Source: Calditrichia bacterium (GTDB lineage Bacteria; Calditrichota; Calditrichia; JAJRVZ01). From it: 64,000 nt of DNA. Below, piece after piece: positions 10,875 to 21,527 of the stretch. Within the stretch, counting starts at the first letter, position 1; the number at the start of each line of letters is the position of its first letter. The position numbers and the translations under genes are program-made. The stretch spans positions 128,001 through 192,000 of the forward strand of contig CAVZSQ010000015.1 in NCBI GenBank assembly GCA_963777955.1, read 5' to 3'. Under the pieces are notes generated by a model. That model was given only the letters and a program-made list of their open reading frames with translations. It searched no databases and had not been told where the DNA came from.

Positions 10875-11624
10875 ATGAAAATACCACGCGCGGTGATTCC
10901 TGGACTGATAACAGTGGGTAATCTGTTCATGGGTTTTTATTCGGCGATCTGTGCTTATACAGGACGGATTTCCCTGGCCTGCTGGTGTATAATTATTGCT
11001 GCAATTTTTGACGCCGTTGACGGTAAAGTGGCACGCCTGACCAAAACATCGAGTACTTTTGGCGTTGAGTATGATTCACTGGCGGATGTAGTTTCGTTTG
11101 GTTTTGCTCCCTCCTTTTTAATCTATATCCTTTTTTCGGAAAGCATGAGTTTACTCATGAGTTTACTACTGTTACTGATAAGTTTTTTACCCTTACTGGC
11201 CGGGAGTATACGTCTGGCCCGCTTCAATATTCAGCAGGGCGGAGTTGATAAAAAGTATTTTGTCGGATTCGCTATTCCCAGTGCGGCCATCACTCTGGCA
11301 AGTTTTATTTTATTTTCACTCCATTTTTATGATCAACCACTGCAGTATCCCGCAGTGATGCTGATCCTGGTGGTTACTGTTTCAATCCTGATGGTCAGTA
11401 CCGTCCGTTATGAACTTATGCCGAATCTGCTTAATATCAGTTCGTTAAATCAGAAACTGCAATTGTTCATTGGTGTGGTAGTGCTTATTATCCTGGTACT
11501 GTTTCCACGGCAAACGCTCTTCCCCCTGATGATGGTCTATATGCTGTCCGGAATAATCCGCTGGATTTTACACCTGCTTTTCTATTCAAACAAAGGAGAA
11601 TCCTCACTTGAAAGCAAAAGTTAA
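10875..11624 (+). CDS. pssA: CDP-diacylglycerol-serine O-phosphatidyltransferase
   Basis: DAVDGKVAR...FGVEYDSLAD CDP-alcohol phosphotransferase motif, RLARFN; follows psd. Confidence 0.92.
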   Translation: MKIPRAVIPGLITVGNLFMGFYSAICAYTGRISLACWCIIIAAIFDAVDGKVARLTKTSSTFGVEYDSLADVVSFGFAPSFLIYILFSESMSLLMSLLLLLISFLPLLAGSIRLARFNIQQGGVDKKYFVGFAIPSAAITLASFILFSLHFYDQPLQYPAVMLILVVTVSILMVSTVRYELMPNLLNISSLNQKLQLFIGVVVLIILVLFPRQTLFPLMMVYMLSGIIRWILHLLFYSNKGESSLESKS

Positions 11625-11849
11625 AGTTGTTTTGAAACAAGGTATATTGGATCCTCAGGGTAAAGCGGTTTTGCACGCTATCAGGGAGTGGGCTTTAAGA
11701 ATATTGCCGATGTTCGCATAGGCAAGTTTATCGAAATCGAAGTCGCGCCGAATAAATCAAAAAAAATACAGGAAGAGGTAGACGAGATCTGCAAAAAGTT
11801 ACTGGCCAATCCGGTTATGGAAAACTACCAAATCGACTATGAGGAGTAA
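11608..11849 (+). CDS. purS: FGAM synthase subunit PurS, frameshift near 11688 (absent from ORF track)
   Basis: TTG start after AAAGGAG; KQGILDPQGKAV, then VRIGKFIEI and KLLANPVMENY in shifted frame; precedes purQ. Confidence 0.9.
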
Positions 11850-11852
11850 AAG

Positions 11853-12551
11853 GTGCGGATAGCGGTCATCGTTTTTCCCGGTTCTAATTGCGACCATGAT
11901 GTTTATGTGGCGTATAAAAAAGTATTGAATCAGCCGACCGATTTCGTCTGGCATAAAGAAACCAATCTGAACGGTTATGATCTTATTGTCCTGCCCGGCG
12001 GTTTTTCCTATGGTGATTATCTGCGCTGCGGCGCGATTGCCCGTTTCTCACCGGTAATGAAGGAAGTATTCGACCTGGCTCAAAAGGGCGTAAAAGTGTT
12101 GGGCATTTGTAACGGCTTTCAGATTCTAACAGAGTCGGGCTTGTTACCGGGCGCCCTGATACGGAATGATCAGCGCAAATTCAGTTGTAAAAATGTGTAC
12201 TTGCGGGTTGAAAACAGGCGAACCTCCTTCACGCATCTCTGTTCAGAAAATTCAGTTCTGCAGATACCCATCGCTCACAGCGAGGGTAATTATTTTTGCG
12301 ATGCGGAAACTTTATCCACCCTGCAGGCATATAATCAGATAGTTTTTCGTTATTGTGAGCAGGACGGAAAAATTACACCTGCGGCTAATCCTAACGGATC
12401 CCTTGATAATATTGCGGGCATTATCAACAAGACTGGAAATATTCTGGGCATGATGCCGCATCCGGAACGAAGGGTTGAAAAATTACTGACTAAGGACGAT
12501 GGTTTAAAAATATTGGCATCGACCATGGAAACTTTTATGAGGAATATCTAG
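11853..12551 (+). CDS. purQ: FGAM synthase glutaminase subunit
   Basis: [33 protein letters not shown]. Confidence 0.96.
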   Translation: MRIAVIVFPGSNCDHDVYVAYKKVLNQPTDFVWHKETNLNGYDLIVLPGGFSYGDYLRCGAIARFSPVMKEVFDLAQKGVKVLGICNGFQILTESGLLPGALIRNDQRKFSCKNVYLRVENRRTSFTHLCSENSVLQIPIAHSEGNYFCDAETLSTLQAYNQIVFRYCEQDGKITPAANPNGSLDNIAGIINKTGNILGMMPHPERRVEKLLTKDDGLKILASTMETFMRNI

Positions 12552-12553
12552 CT

Positions 12554-12817
12554 ATGCGTAGAAAAAGTTTTGGCTATTTTCTACTGGTGATTATAGTGGG
12601 TGCACTGATCGGAACTGTATTAGGAGAGATCATTGCCTTTGTTATTCCGGACGGTGTGGTCAAAGATTTTTTTCTTAAATCGGCGACGGCCAGTCTGGGT
12701 CCGGGTACTTTGAATATAATTGTCATGAGTTTTACACTCGGTTTTTCCATCAAGTTAAATATTACCGGCGTGATAGGCATTCTGGTAGCAGCCTATGCTT
12801 TCCGCTGGATAGATTAA
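12554..12817 (+). CDS. DUF4321-like small membrane protein
   Basis: [10 protein letters not shown]...[16 protein letters not shown] pattern with two hydrophobic segments. Confidence 0.75.
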   Translation: MRRKSFGYFLLVIIVGALIGTVLGEIIAFVIPDGVVKDFFLKSATASLGPGTLNIIVMSFTLGFSIKLNITGVIGILVAAYAFRWID

Positions 12818-12839
12818 ACATCACCGCAAGGAGATATAT

Positions 12840-13070
12840 ATGTTTGGTATCGGCACAACTGAATTGATTGTAATCATGTTCGTTATTTTACTTCTGTTCG
12901 GTGCTAAGAAATTACCCGAATTGGCCCAGGGCCTGGGTCGTGGTATTCGCGAGTTTAAAAAGGCAAGTAATGAAATTCAGGACGAATTTCGTCTAAATTC
13001 CGATTCACCAACTGCGAAACCCAAAACACAAAATGACCAGATCAACGGCAGCGGAACCCAGAATAATTGA
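12840..13070 (+). CDS. tatA: Twin-arginine translocase TatA/E
   Basis: ELIVI...[25 protein letters not shown]. Confidence 0.95.
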   Translation: MFGIGTTELIVIMFVILLLFGAKKLPELAQGLGRGIREFKKASNEIQDEFRLNSDSPTAKPKTQNDQINGSGTQNN

Positions 13071-13854
13071 TTGCAATCGGTACTCTTCATTTCCAGTCTA
13101 TTCATTTCTTGTTATAATCGTCACGGCTACCGCCGCCGCAGGTATCCTTCTGGCTCAGCCAGCCGCGAGCGGGCCAGATTCAACTAAGAATCTGCCGGAA
13201 GGATTATCAGTTTATTTTCCTGCCGAAAAATTATCACGGCATTATGGTTCGCTCAGATTTGATCTGCATGAAGTGGAACTGAAATATCCGCTAAATTCAT
13301 ACCAGACATTTTTAAGCCGTTCCATAGCAGATATGACGGCTAATCCGTTCACCATCGAATTACGCGAGAGTTCCTATTACGTTCCGGTCAGAGTACGGGA
13401 CGAACTGAACCTGATCATGAACAGACCCAGGGATAATGCCTTTTTCCCGTTACTGGGAGTTGCCTGGATTGCCTATCAGCTGGGATCAAAGTACCTGGAA
13501 ATTCAGCGGAAGAATATAATTGACCATGATGAACTGTTAAAGGCCTGCCAGGCTTTACCCCTGTTGTATTTCCTGTGGCAGAAATATCCCCAAACAGCCG
13601 GGCAACTATATCACCGCCGCGAAGTACAGCAGGTCATGACCTTTAAACAATTACAGCAAGAACTGGACCTGTTGCAGCAGAACAATTTGATAAAAAGCCG
13701 GTTCTACAGTCCTGATTCGGTGCAATACTTTCCAAACTTGTTCAGGGAGGGTATGATTGCGATTATAAATTCGGCCGAGGGTAATCCTGTTATCCCGCAT
13801 GATGCAAAAATAATCCTGCAGGCTATCCGCAATTCCATCCCGGATATAAAATAA
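13033..13854 (+). CDS. Hypothetical protein: signal-like N-terminus, central hydrophobic helix, C-terminal BlaI/MecI-like winged helix (start uncertain)
   Basis: [46 protein letters not shown]...[21 protein letters not shown]...QYFPNLFRE. Confidence 0.6.
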   Translation: MTRSTAAEPRIIDCNRYSSFPVYSFLVIIVTATAAAGILLAQPAASGPDSTKNLPEGLSVYFPAEKLSRHYGSLRFDLHEVELKYPLNSYQTFLSRSIADMTANPFTIELRESSYYVPVRVRDELNLIMNRPRDNAFFPLLGVAWIAYQLGSKYLEIQRKNIIDHDELLKACQALPLLYFLWQKYPQTAGQLYHRREVQQVMTFKQLQQELDLLQQNNLIKSRFYSPDSVQYFPNLFREGMIAIINSAEGNPVIPHDAKIILQAIRNSIPDIK

Positions 13855-13882
13855 TATAAATCAGAAATGGCCTCGCTGCTCC

Positions 13883-14728
13883 ATGTCAAATCTGTATAAA
13901 AAAATTTCTGCTCTGTTTGAAATCTCGCGCCCTCTCAACGTGCTCATTGCTTTTCTTACGATTTTCATTGCTGCGGCCGTGGCCGCCGGGGGTTTACAAA
14001 TAAACCGTGAGGTTGTCCTGGCTGCAATTTCCACTGCCCTGATTACCATCGGAGCCAACGTAATTAATGATATATTTGATGTAGCAATCGACCGGATCAA
14101 TAAGCCTTACAGACCTTTGCCAGCCGGAAAGTTATCCCGGAATGAGGCCCTGGTCTATTTCCTGCTGGTCTACGCGGCAGGCTGGTTAATCGCCGCACTG
14201 ATTAATGTAACCATGTTTCTGATCGCCTTGATTATTGGTATCTTACTGGTTTTTTACAGTGTCTGGTATAAAAGAACCATACTGTTCGGAAACCTGGTGG
14301 TAAGTTTTGCCACCGCGGTGGCCTTTGTTTATGGAGGTCTGGCTGTGGGCAGAATTGCAGAGACCTTTTTCCCCGCTGTTTTTGCCTTTCTCTTTCATTT
14401 CGGCAGAGAAGTTATTAAAGATCTGCAGGATACCAATGGTGACCGGCAGGCGGGTGCGGTCACGTTTGCTGTGAAATACGGACATAAACCTTCCTTTTAT
14501 TTGACCCTTGTTGTGTTTCTGGTCTTGATAATTGTTACTTTAATTCCTTATATTTTAAGGATTTATAATCTGGCCTATCTGTTAGTGGTGATCTTTGGAA
14601 TTTATCCGGTGATAGGTTTGGTTTTATATGTTACCTGGAAAACAACCGAGCAAAAAAAACTGGGCTGGATGAGTACGATTCTCAAGATCGATATGCTGGT
14701 GGGTTTATTAGCTATATATGTCGGATGA
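13883..14728 (+). CDS. UbiA-family prenyltransferase, DGGGP-synthase-like
   Basis: RPLN, NVINDIFDVAIDRINKPYRPLPAG, GNLVVS, REVIKDLQDTNGDRQAG. Confidence 0.85.
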   Translation: MSNLYKKISALFEISRPLNVLIAFLTIFIAAAVAAGGLQINREVVLAAISTALITIGANVINDIFDVAIDRINKPYRPLPAGKLSRNEALVYFLLVYAAGWLIAALINVTMFLIALIIGILLVFYSVWYKRTILFGNLVVSFATAVAFVYGGLAVGRIAETFFPAVFAFLFHFGREVIKDLQDTNGDRQAGAVTFAVKYGHKPSFYLTLVVFLVLIIVTLIPYILRIYNLAYLLVVIFGIYPVIGLVLYVTWKTTEQKKLGWMSTILKIDMLVGLLAIYVG

Positions 14729-14732
14729 TTCA

Positions 14733-15332
14733 ATGATATCATTGTTGAAAAATATTGATCGTTTCGAGGTGGTCCTGGCCTCCGAATCGCCAAGGCGTTA
14801 CGAATTATTAAGAATGATTGGTATGGAATTTAAAGTCCAGCCCAGTCACTTGCACGAAGTTTACCGGGATCATCAGACCCCGCTTGAGTATGCCCTGGAA
14901 AATGCCCGGAAAAAGGGCCGGATGGTCGCAGAAAAAGCGGAGCAGAGTCTGGTCCTGTCTGCGGATACTATTGTAGTGCTGGACAATGAAGTGCTGGAAA
15001 AACCCGGTGATGAAATGCATGCTTTTACTATCCTTAATAAATTAAGCGGCCGGACGCATCAGGTAATCACCGCCTTTGGCATGATTATAAAAGCACTGAA
15101 CCGCTCAGTTTATGATTATGAAGTAAGCGAGGTAACTTTCAGAAATTTATCCCAACAGGAAATTAAGGCCTATATTGATTCAGGCGAGCCTTTTGATAAA
15201 GCAGGAGCATACGGTGCTCAGGGTTCCGGTGCTTTATTGATTAAAAGTATCAATGGCTGCTTTTATAATGTCGTGGGATTACCATTGGCCAAATTTTTTA
15301 AAACATTAAACGAATTTTTAGTACAAATTTAA
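14733..15332 (+). CDS. maf: Maf nucleoside triphosphate pyrophosphatase
   Basis: LASESPRR, SADTIV, LEKP, LSGRTHQV, DKAGAYG, NVVGLP. Confidence 0.93.
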   Translation: MISLLKNIDRFEVVLASESPRRYELLRMIGMEFKVQPSHLHEVYRDHQTPLEYALENARKKGRMVAEKAEQSLVLSADTIVVLDNEVLEKPGDEMHAFTILNKLSGRTHQVITAFGMIIKALNRSVYDYEVSEVTFRNLSQQEIKAYIDSGEPFDKAGAYGAQGSGALLIKSINGCFYNVVGLPLAKFFKTLNEFLVQI

Positions 15333-15350
15333 AACCGAAGTGAGCTGCAA

Positions 15351-15764
15351 TTGGAAAAAACTGATCAATCCCCCTGTAACATCCTGATCATTGATGATGA
15401 TGCGAATATTTACAAACTGATTAAACTGAATTTGGAATCTGCACAGTTTCAGGTTTTTTATGCTAAGAATGGCCGGCAGGCCCAGACCCTGATGGCCGGC
15501 AACAAGTTCGATCTGATTCTGATCGATCTGCTGATGCCGGAGATAGACGGCCTGTCGCTGTTCCGTTCGCTTAAACAGGAGTTACCGCTAAACACACTGA
15601 TTATATTAATTACTGCTCATGTCCTCGAACAACCGCTGATGACGGCTGTAGAGGAGGGTATCTACGATATTATCCAGAAACCATTCACGGCCAACCGGTT
15701 GAGACTGACCATCCGCAATGCCTGGAATTATAAATTGTTGCTGGATGAAGGCCTGAAAAAATAA
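15351..15764 (+). CDS. Single-domain response regulator
   Basis: IIDDD, LIDLLMPEIDG, ITAH, QKPF. Confidence 0.88.
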   Translation: MEKTDQSPCNILIIDDDANIYKLIKLNLESAQFQVFYAKNGRQAQTLMAGNKFDLILIDLLMPEIDGLSLFRSLKQELPLNTLIILITAHVLEQPLMTAVEEGIYDIIQKPFTANRLRLTIRNAWNYKLLLDEGLKK

Positions 15765-15777
15765 AAACGGTACCTGT

Positions 15778-17382
15778 ATGAAAATTGAAACAGATTTTTT
15801 AGTAATCGGCAGCGGAATTGCCGGTCTGATCTTTGCGCTGGAAAGTGCAAAATACGGACAGGTAACAATTATTACCAAGAAAGATGACAAAGAGTCCAGT
15901 ACAAATTATGCGCAGGGCGGCATTGCTTCAGTAATCGCTGGTTCTGATTCCTTCGAATCCCATATCCAGGATACTCTTAAAGCAGGCGCGGGATTATGCC
16001 ATGAAGATACGGTGCGCTTAATGGTTGAAAAAGGACCTGCGGCAATCCGCAAACTGCTGGATAGCGGTGTTGAATTCTCGCTGACCAGGAATAAGGAACT
16101 GGAACTGGGCAGGGAAGGGGGACATTCTCAAAATCGTATCGTTCATGCTAAAGATCTGACTGGTCGGGAAATTGAGCGGGCCTTGCTGGCCGGGATTAAG
16201 CAGAATCCGGACATCCGGATTTTAGAAAATCATATAGCCGTCGATCTGATTACCGAACACCAGACTCCGCAACCCGATTACAGCAGGGGTATTCACTGCT
16301 GGGGTGCTTATGTACTGGATATCCACCAGAATAAAGTCAAAACAATTGTCGCTAAAACCACTGTATTGTGCAGCGGCGGCTGTGGCCAGGTTTATTTGCA
16401 TACTTCCAATCCTGCCATTGCCACCGGAGACGGGCTGGCTATGGCTTACCGGGCCGGTGCCAAGATCGCCAACCTGGAATTTATGCAATTTCATCCCACC
16501 ATCCTGTTTCACCAGGAGGCCAACTCATTTCTGATCTCCGAAGCGGTGCGGGGATTTGGCGCAATTTTACGGGATAAAAGCGGCAGGGCTTTTATGACCG
16601 AGTATCATCCGGATCGTGAATTGGCTCCGCGTGATATCGTAGCCAGGGCCATTGACCGTGAAATGAAGAAAAGCGGCGATGTTTGTGTGTATCTGGATCT
16701 GACTGCACAAAAAAGCCAGGATATCCGCGAGAAATTTCCTAATATTTTTAATACCTGCCTTAATTTCAAGATCGACATAACCAAAGAGTGGATACCTGTT
16801 GTTCCGGCTGCCCATTATATGTGTGGCGGAATTGTGGTGGATATGCAGGGCTGTACCAACATTGAGCGGCTTTTTGCCTGCGGGGAAGTCGCCTTCACCG
16901 GGGTACATGGTGCAAACCGGCTGGCCAGCAATTCATTGCTGGAAGCGGTTATATTTTCAGAACAGGCAGTCGAAGCAGCGAAGAATCACCGGCAAATGTC
17001 AAAGGTGCAGATTCCTGATATTTTACCCTGGGACTATGAGGGTACCTTTAATCAGGATGAATGGGTCTATATTGTTCATGACCGGAATGTTATCCGCAGC
17101 GTAATGTGGGATTATGTTGGTATAGTCCGATCTGACTTCCGCCTGGCCCGGGCCTGGCGCCGAATTAGTATGATCGCCCAGGAAGTTGAGGAATTTTACA
17201 AAAAAACTATTGTACACAGCGATCTGATCGAACTGAGAAATATTGCCACCGTTTCACAATTAATAATTCAGTGCGCCATGACCCGCAAAGAAAGCCGTGG
17301 TCTGCATTTTAACACCGATTATCCGCACCGGGATGATAAATATTGGCAGCATGATACACTGGTATCCAAACCGGTAACCTGA
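15778..17382 (+). CDS. nadB: L-aspartate oxidase
   Basis: GSGIAG, YAQGGIA, REGGHS, QFHPT, LISEAVRG, LAPRDIVAR, HGANRLASNSLLE, ESRGLH. Confidence 0.96.
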   Translation: MKIETDFLVIGSGIAGLIFALESAKYGQVTIITKKDDKESSTNYAQGGIASVIAGSDSFESHIQDTLKAGAGLCHEDTVRLMVEKGPAAIRKLLDSGVEFSLTRNKELELGREGGHSQNRIVHAKDLTGREIERALLAGIKQNPDIRILENHIAVDLITEHQTPQPDYSRGIHCWGAYVLDIHQNKVKTIVAKTTVLCSGGCGQVYLHTSNPAIATGDGLAMAYRAGAKIANLEFMQFHPTILFHQEANSFLISEAVRGFGAILRDKSGRAFMTEYHPDRELAPRDIVARAIDREMKKSGDVCVYLDLTAQKSQDIREKFPNIFNTCLNFKIDITKEWIPVVPAAHYMCGGIVVDMQGCTNIERLFACGEVAFTGVHGANRLASNSLLEAVIFSEQAVEAAKNHRQMSKVQIPDILPWDYEGTFNQDEWVYIVHDRNVIRSVMWDYVGIVRSDFRLARAWRRISMIAQEVEEFYKKTIVHSDLIELRNIATVSQLIIQCAMTRKESRGLHFNTDYPHRDDKYWQHDTLVSKPVT

Positions 17383-18594
17383 TGGAATTACTGATAGGTA
17401 TCATAGGCCTGCTTTTATCATTTTTTTGCTCCGGGGCCGAAACTGCCTTTATCACCAGCAGTAAAATACGATTCGAAATCTGGCTACGCCACAAAGTACC
17501 GGCGGCCAAAGCTGGCCGAAAAATATTTCCGTAATCCGGATATTTATCTGTCGGTCACGCTGGTCGGTAATACGATTGCTACTATTGTTACTACTTCCTA
17601 TGCCATGGTTTTTCTGATTCGCTATGTGGACCGGAGTATTGCCTGGATAATCATCACCCTGACCCTGCTTATGGTGGGAGAGATTCTGCCCAAACTGATT
17701 TTCAATATCCATGCCAACCGACTGATTCTGAATCTGATTTACCCGATCCGTATCCTGCATTTTCTGTTAAATCCACTGGTGATCCTGGCCGTCAAAATAA
17801 GCAAGTTTATACTTGGCCGCTTTAAAATCGACCGGCCTAAAGACAGCCCCTTATTTGATAAGCGTGATATTGAAAGCATGATCCGTGAAGTTAAAGTAGC
17901 TGGCGTAGTTGATGAAGCAGAACATAAAATAATTAAACGGATCCTGTATCTGTCCGAAAAACTGGTCAAGGAAGCGATGGTGCCCCGTACGTCCATGATT
18001 GCAGTAAACTCTGACATCGGTCTGGACAGGTTGCGGTCGCTGATGGCCAGGACCGGGTTCACCAAATTACCGGTATATAAGGAAACGCTGGATAATATCA
18101 TCGGGATAACTTCATTGTATGACCTTTTTCTGAATCCGCCTTCGGTCGAGGGCATTATAAAGCCGGTATTATTCACACCGGAGAATAAAAAGTGTGATGA
18201 ATTATTGCGTGAATTCTGGCAAAACAAAACCAACCTGGCTATCGTGGTTGATGAATACGGGGGTACCGCAGGCCTGGTCACTATCGAGGATTTGATGGAA
18301 GAGTTGTTTGGTGAAATTGAAGATCATGCCGCGCCGGGTTCTAACCGGCTGCAGGCTTTAAATAAAAATACCTTCAAGGTTTCCGGCTCCTCCACAGTGG
18401 AATTTATAAACGATTCATTACAATTGAATATTCCGGAAGGGGATTATGAAACGATAGCCGGCTTTATCCTGACTAAATTGGAAAGGGTGCCCGTAGTCGG
18501 TGAAAAGATAATGCTGAACGACTGCCGGATTATTATTACCAAATCAAGCCGGAAACGCATTGAGGAAGTCAGGGTAATCAAAAGTCTCGGATAA
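17382..18594 (+). CDS. Hemolysin/CNNM family (DUF21-CBS-CorC) protein, frameshift near 17511
   Basis: ATG overlaps nadB stop; SFFCSGAETAF, then LVGNT, GEILPK, MVPRT, VVDEYGGTAGLVTIEDLMEE, DYETIAG. Confidence 0.9.
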
Positions 18595-18620
18595 TAACTC
18601 TGCAGCCGGATACTGGAAAA

Positions 18621-18655
18621 TAAAAAGCCCCTTCAATTTTAAAAATGAAGGGGCT
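18621..18655 (-). terminator. Rho-independent terminator after ppiD
   Basis: AGCCCCTTCA / TGAAGGGGCT inverted repeat with T-tract on minus strand, between convergent genes. Confidence 0.75.
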
Positions 18656-18674
18656 GCATTCGGCAGGTTTAATA

Positions 18675-20480
18675 TTATAAATTATACATATTCCTGTTGT
18701 CTTCGATATCAGCCTGCTCCTTTAAATATGTAAACCAGTTGTTGAAAACCTGATTTCTTCTCTGGGCAAAGAGGCGCTGCCGGATTGACTCCTTCTGGTT
18801 ATTGTATAGAGTCGAGTCAAAATTGGATTTAGATAGTAATGATTGCCAGTAAATTCCACGATTGGTTTCGATCAGCGGGGAGATCTGGCCCGGAGTGAGT
18901 GAGAAAGCCATGACATTGAACTTCTGATCAAAGCCCAGACCGGGGATGGATGATTTCATGGAAAAATCACCCGTGGTGCCGATGCGCAGGATTTTTGACG
19001 TGTCGCTCAGGACAATCTGCTCGAAAGAATTATTCTGATTGATTTTCGCCTGAATTATTTTACTGAATTCACGGGCTCTTTCCTTTTGTTTTTCCAGGCG
19101 AATTGATGCGATTATCAGAGTTTTAACATCTTCCAGGGGACGTATTCCCGCTTCTTTTATTTTAGCCAATTTAAATACGGCAATACTCTGTTCGCTATAG
19201 ACAGGATCGCTGATAGTTCCGATTTTATTCTTGAAGGCAAAATTATAGATCGCATAATTTCGTCCAAAGCCCGGAATGAATTTGCTGGTCTGGGTAATAT
19301 CGCCGGTCTGTTGAATAGCATATTTATTTTTTCCGGCGGCAGTCTCGAATCCATCTTCACCGGCATCGTTTTGGAATTGACTGGCCATGCTCTCCACCCG
19401 CTCGCGGGTAGAAGGGGAGTACGATATTTTACGCAGGATATGGCTTACTTTTACCTGCTCTTCACCATTCTGAACCCGTTTGTCTTCGATCTTGATCAGA
19501 TGTAAACCGTATTGACTCTCCACCGGTCCGACTAATTCACCGACCTTTCCGTTAAAGGCTGCGTCTTCAAAGGGTTTGACCATGGCACCCCTTTCGAAAA
19601 AGTCGTATCTCCCATGGTTAGTTTCTTTGCCGGGATCTTCACTGTATTCATCGGCTAATTTATTAAAATCTTCTCCCGCGGCCAGACGGGTACGGATTTC
19701 GTCAAACTCACGTAGAATCGCGTCGGTATCGTTCCTGGTCGGTGTCAGGGTAAAGGCTACATAGTCCAGATTCCGGGTTTCTTCCTGTTTATACTCCTCG
19801 CGGTGTTGATCATAGTAATCCTTTACAACATCATCAGAAACCGGTACGTCCGCGGTCCTGAATTTGTTGAACAGTATCTCCAGATAGGTGGCATTGGCTT
19901 TCAGGTAGTCATCCGCAAATTCCTGCTCGGTTTCACTTTCACTTACCCTTACCGAGGAAGTAATGATATTTTGTAATTTCACATAAGGTAGCTGCTGGCG
20001 ATAGAAATCCTCAATCTGGTACCAGGGAATCTCCGGATTGGAAAAGGAAGCATAGTACTTGTTCCAGTCGAATTGTCCATTGGTCTGAAAACCCGGGCTA
20101 TTTTTGATCTGTTCCAGGGGATAGTTTTTTATCTGATACACGATTTCAGAATCGCTGACAGTGATATTCAATTTCTTCATTTCTTCTTCGAATAACACTT
20201 TCTGCACGAATTGTTCCCAGACCTGCTCACGGATTGTCTCCAGTTGTTCTTCATTTAATTCCTGGTCCGAGTTGCGTTGACGTTCAGTCTGGTACATCTG
20301 CTGATACGATTCTGAAAACATTTCATAGGTGAGTCTTTGACCGTTTACTTTTCCGATAATATTAGGGCGTTGACGTACTCCCAGATAATCCATACCCCAG
20401 TCGAAAACCATCAGGCCGATGAAGGCCACAGCCACAATCACAATAAATATCTTACTGTACTCCCGCAATTTGGTCATCAT
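18675..20480 (-). CDS. ppiD: PpiD/SurA-type membrane-anchored parvulin chaperone
   Basis: N-terminal TM, GKVNG, SurA-N region, FNKLADEYSED, MVKPFEDAAF, VESQYGLHLIK. Confidence 0.85.
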   Translation of the reverse strand: MMTKLREYSKIFIVIVAVAFIGLMVFDWGMDYLGVRQRPNIIGKVNGQRLTYEMFSESYQQMYQTERQRNSDQELNEEQLETIREQVWEQFVQKVLFEEEMKKLNITVSDSEIVYQIKNYPLEQIKNSPGFQTNGQFDWNKYYASFSNPEIPWYQIEDFYRQQLPYVKLQNIITSSVRVSESETEQEFADDYLKANATYLEILFNKFRTADVPVSDDVVKDYYDQHREEYKQEETRNLDYVAFTLTPTRNDTDAILREFDEIRTRLAAGEDFNKLADEYSEDPGKETNHGRYDFFERGAMVKPFEDAAFNGKVGELVGPVESQYGLHLIKIEDKRVQNGEEQVKVSHILRKISYSPSTRERVESMASQFQNDAGEDGFETAAGKNKYAIQQTGDITQTSKFIPGFGRNYAIYNFAFKNKIGTISDPVYSEQSIAVFKLAKIKEAGIRPLEDVKTLIIASIRLEKQKERAREFSKIIQAKINQNNSFEQIVLSDTSKILRIGTTGDFSMKSSIPGLGFDQKFNVMAFSLTPGQISPLIETNRGIYWQSLLSKSNFDSTLYNNQKESIRQRLFAQRRNQVFNNWFTYLKEQADIEDNRNMYNL

Positions 20481-20582
20481 ATATGATAATTCTCCTCTGC
20501 TTTGATCACAATAAAAGTATTAAATTTAAGCCATCTTTGGCTATATTTCAACTTTGATCCGTGTTATTTTAATAAAATTTCT

Positions 20583-20611
20583 TTGCCTGAAGAATATGAT
20601 TTTACTAAGTT
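20583..20611 (+). promoter_or_regulatory. Putative sigma70 promoter immediately before the acyltransferase ATG
   Basis: TTGCCT-17 nt-TAAGTT; ATG begins 8 nt after the -10 hexamer. Confidence 0.45.
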
Positions 20612-20618
20612 TAAATTA

Positions 20619-21527
20619 ATGGAACAGATTGAATATATTCTGGTAAGAATTCTGTATGGTATCGTGGGCCTGATCCCGTTTTTATATGGCGGGATTTTTT
20701 CCAGGATACTGGCTTTCCTTACCCGGAAAATATTTCTATACCGCCGGCGGGTGGTTCGTTCTAATTTAAGACGTGCATTCCCTGCATATGATCGTCCAGC
20801 GTTGAAAGAAATCGAAAAAGATGTATATCTTAATTTCATGATGTTATGGATTGAAGTTTTGCAGAATTTCCGCCTGAGTAAAGAATTTTTTGCCAGGCAT
20901 TTCAAGATCTGTAATTGGGATGTCGTTGAACAGGCCAGGCGGCAAAATAAAGGGATAATTTTCCTGTCCTGTCATTTTGGGAATTACGAATGGTTGGGTG
21001 GTTATATCGGCCATACCCTGGGGGATTTTTATGTAATCTCGCAAAGGATAAAGAATCCCAGGGTAAATGCTTTCTTACTGGGTACGCGGGCCAAAACGCG
21101 TGCCCGCTTGATTGACCGAAAAGAGGGCAGTAAGAAAGGGGTCGAATTACTACTGGAGAAGAAGAATCTGGGCATTGTGACCGATCAGGATGCCAGGGCC
21201 AGGGGTATTTTTGTGGATTTCTTCGGCATTCCGGCTTCGACCGCAGTGGGCACGGCTTATTTTCATTTAAGAACAGGTGCAGCTATGATTTTCTGTACCA
21301 GCATCCGTAAAAAATGGGGTGAATTTGAACTGCATTTTGAACGCCTGCCCGATTTTTATGGTCAACCAATTAATGACCGGACCCTTTATCAGATCACTCA
21401 ATTGCATACTGCCTTACTGGAGAAATGGGTCCGTGCTTACCCGGGTCAGTATTTCTGGACGCACCGGCGCTGGAAATCCAAACCAACAGTAGAACAACAG
21501 GCACAATATGCGGCTAATAAAGAATAA
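20619..21527 (+). CDS. lpxL: Lipid A late acyltransferase (LpxL/HtrB family)
   Basis: SNLRRAFP, HFGNYE, DQD, VDFFG, PGQYFWTHRRWK. Confidence 0.85.
   Translation: MEQIEYILVRILYGIVGLIPFLYGGIFSRILAFLTRKIFLYRRRVVRSNLRRAFPAYDRPALKEIEKDVYLNFMMLWIEVLQNFRLSKEFFARHFKICNWDVVEQARRQNKGIIFLSCHFGNYEWLGGYIGHTLGDFYVISQRIKNPRVNAFLLGTRAKTRARLIDRKEGSKKGVELLLEKKNLGIVTDQDARARGIFVDFFGIPASTAVGTAYFHLRTGAAMIFCTSIRKKWGEFELHFERLPDFYGQPINDRTLYQITQLHTALLEKWVRAYPGQYFWTHRRWKSKPTVEQQAQYAANKE

Noticed and set aside
5546..11849. Programmed ribosomal frameshifting in truA, purB, purC or purS
   Set aside because: No shared slippery heptamer or stimulatory structure; the scattered indels fit sequencing error
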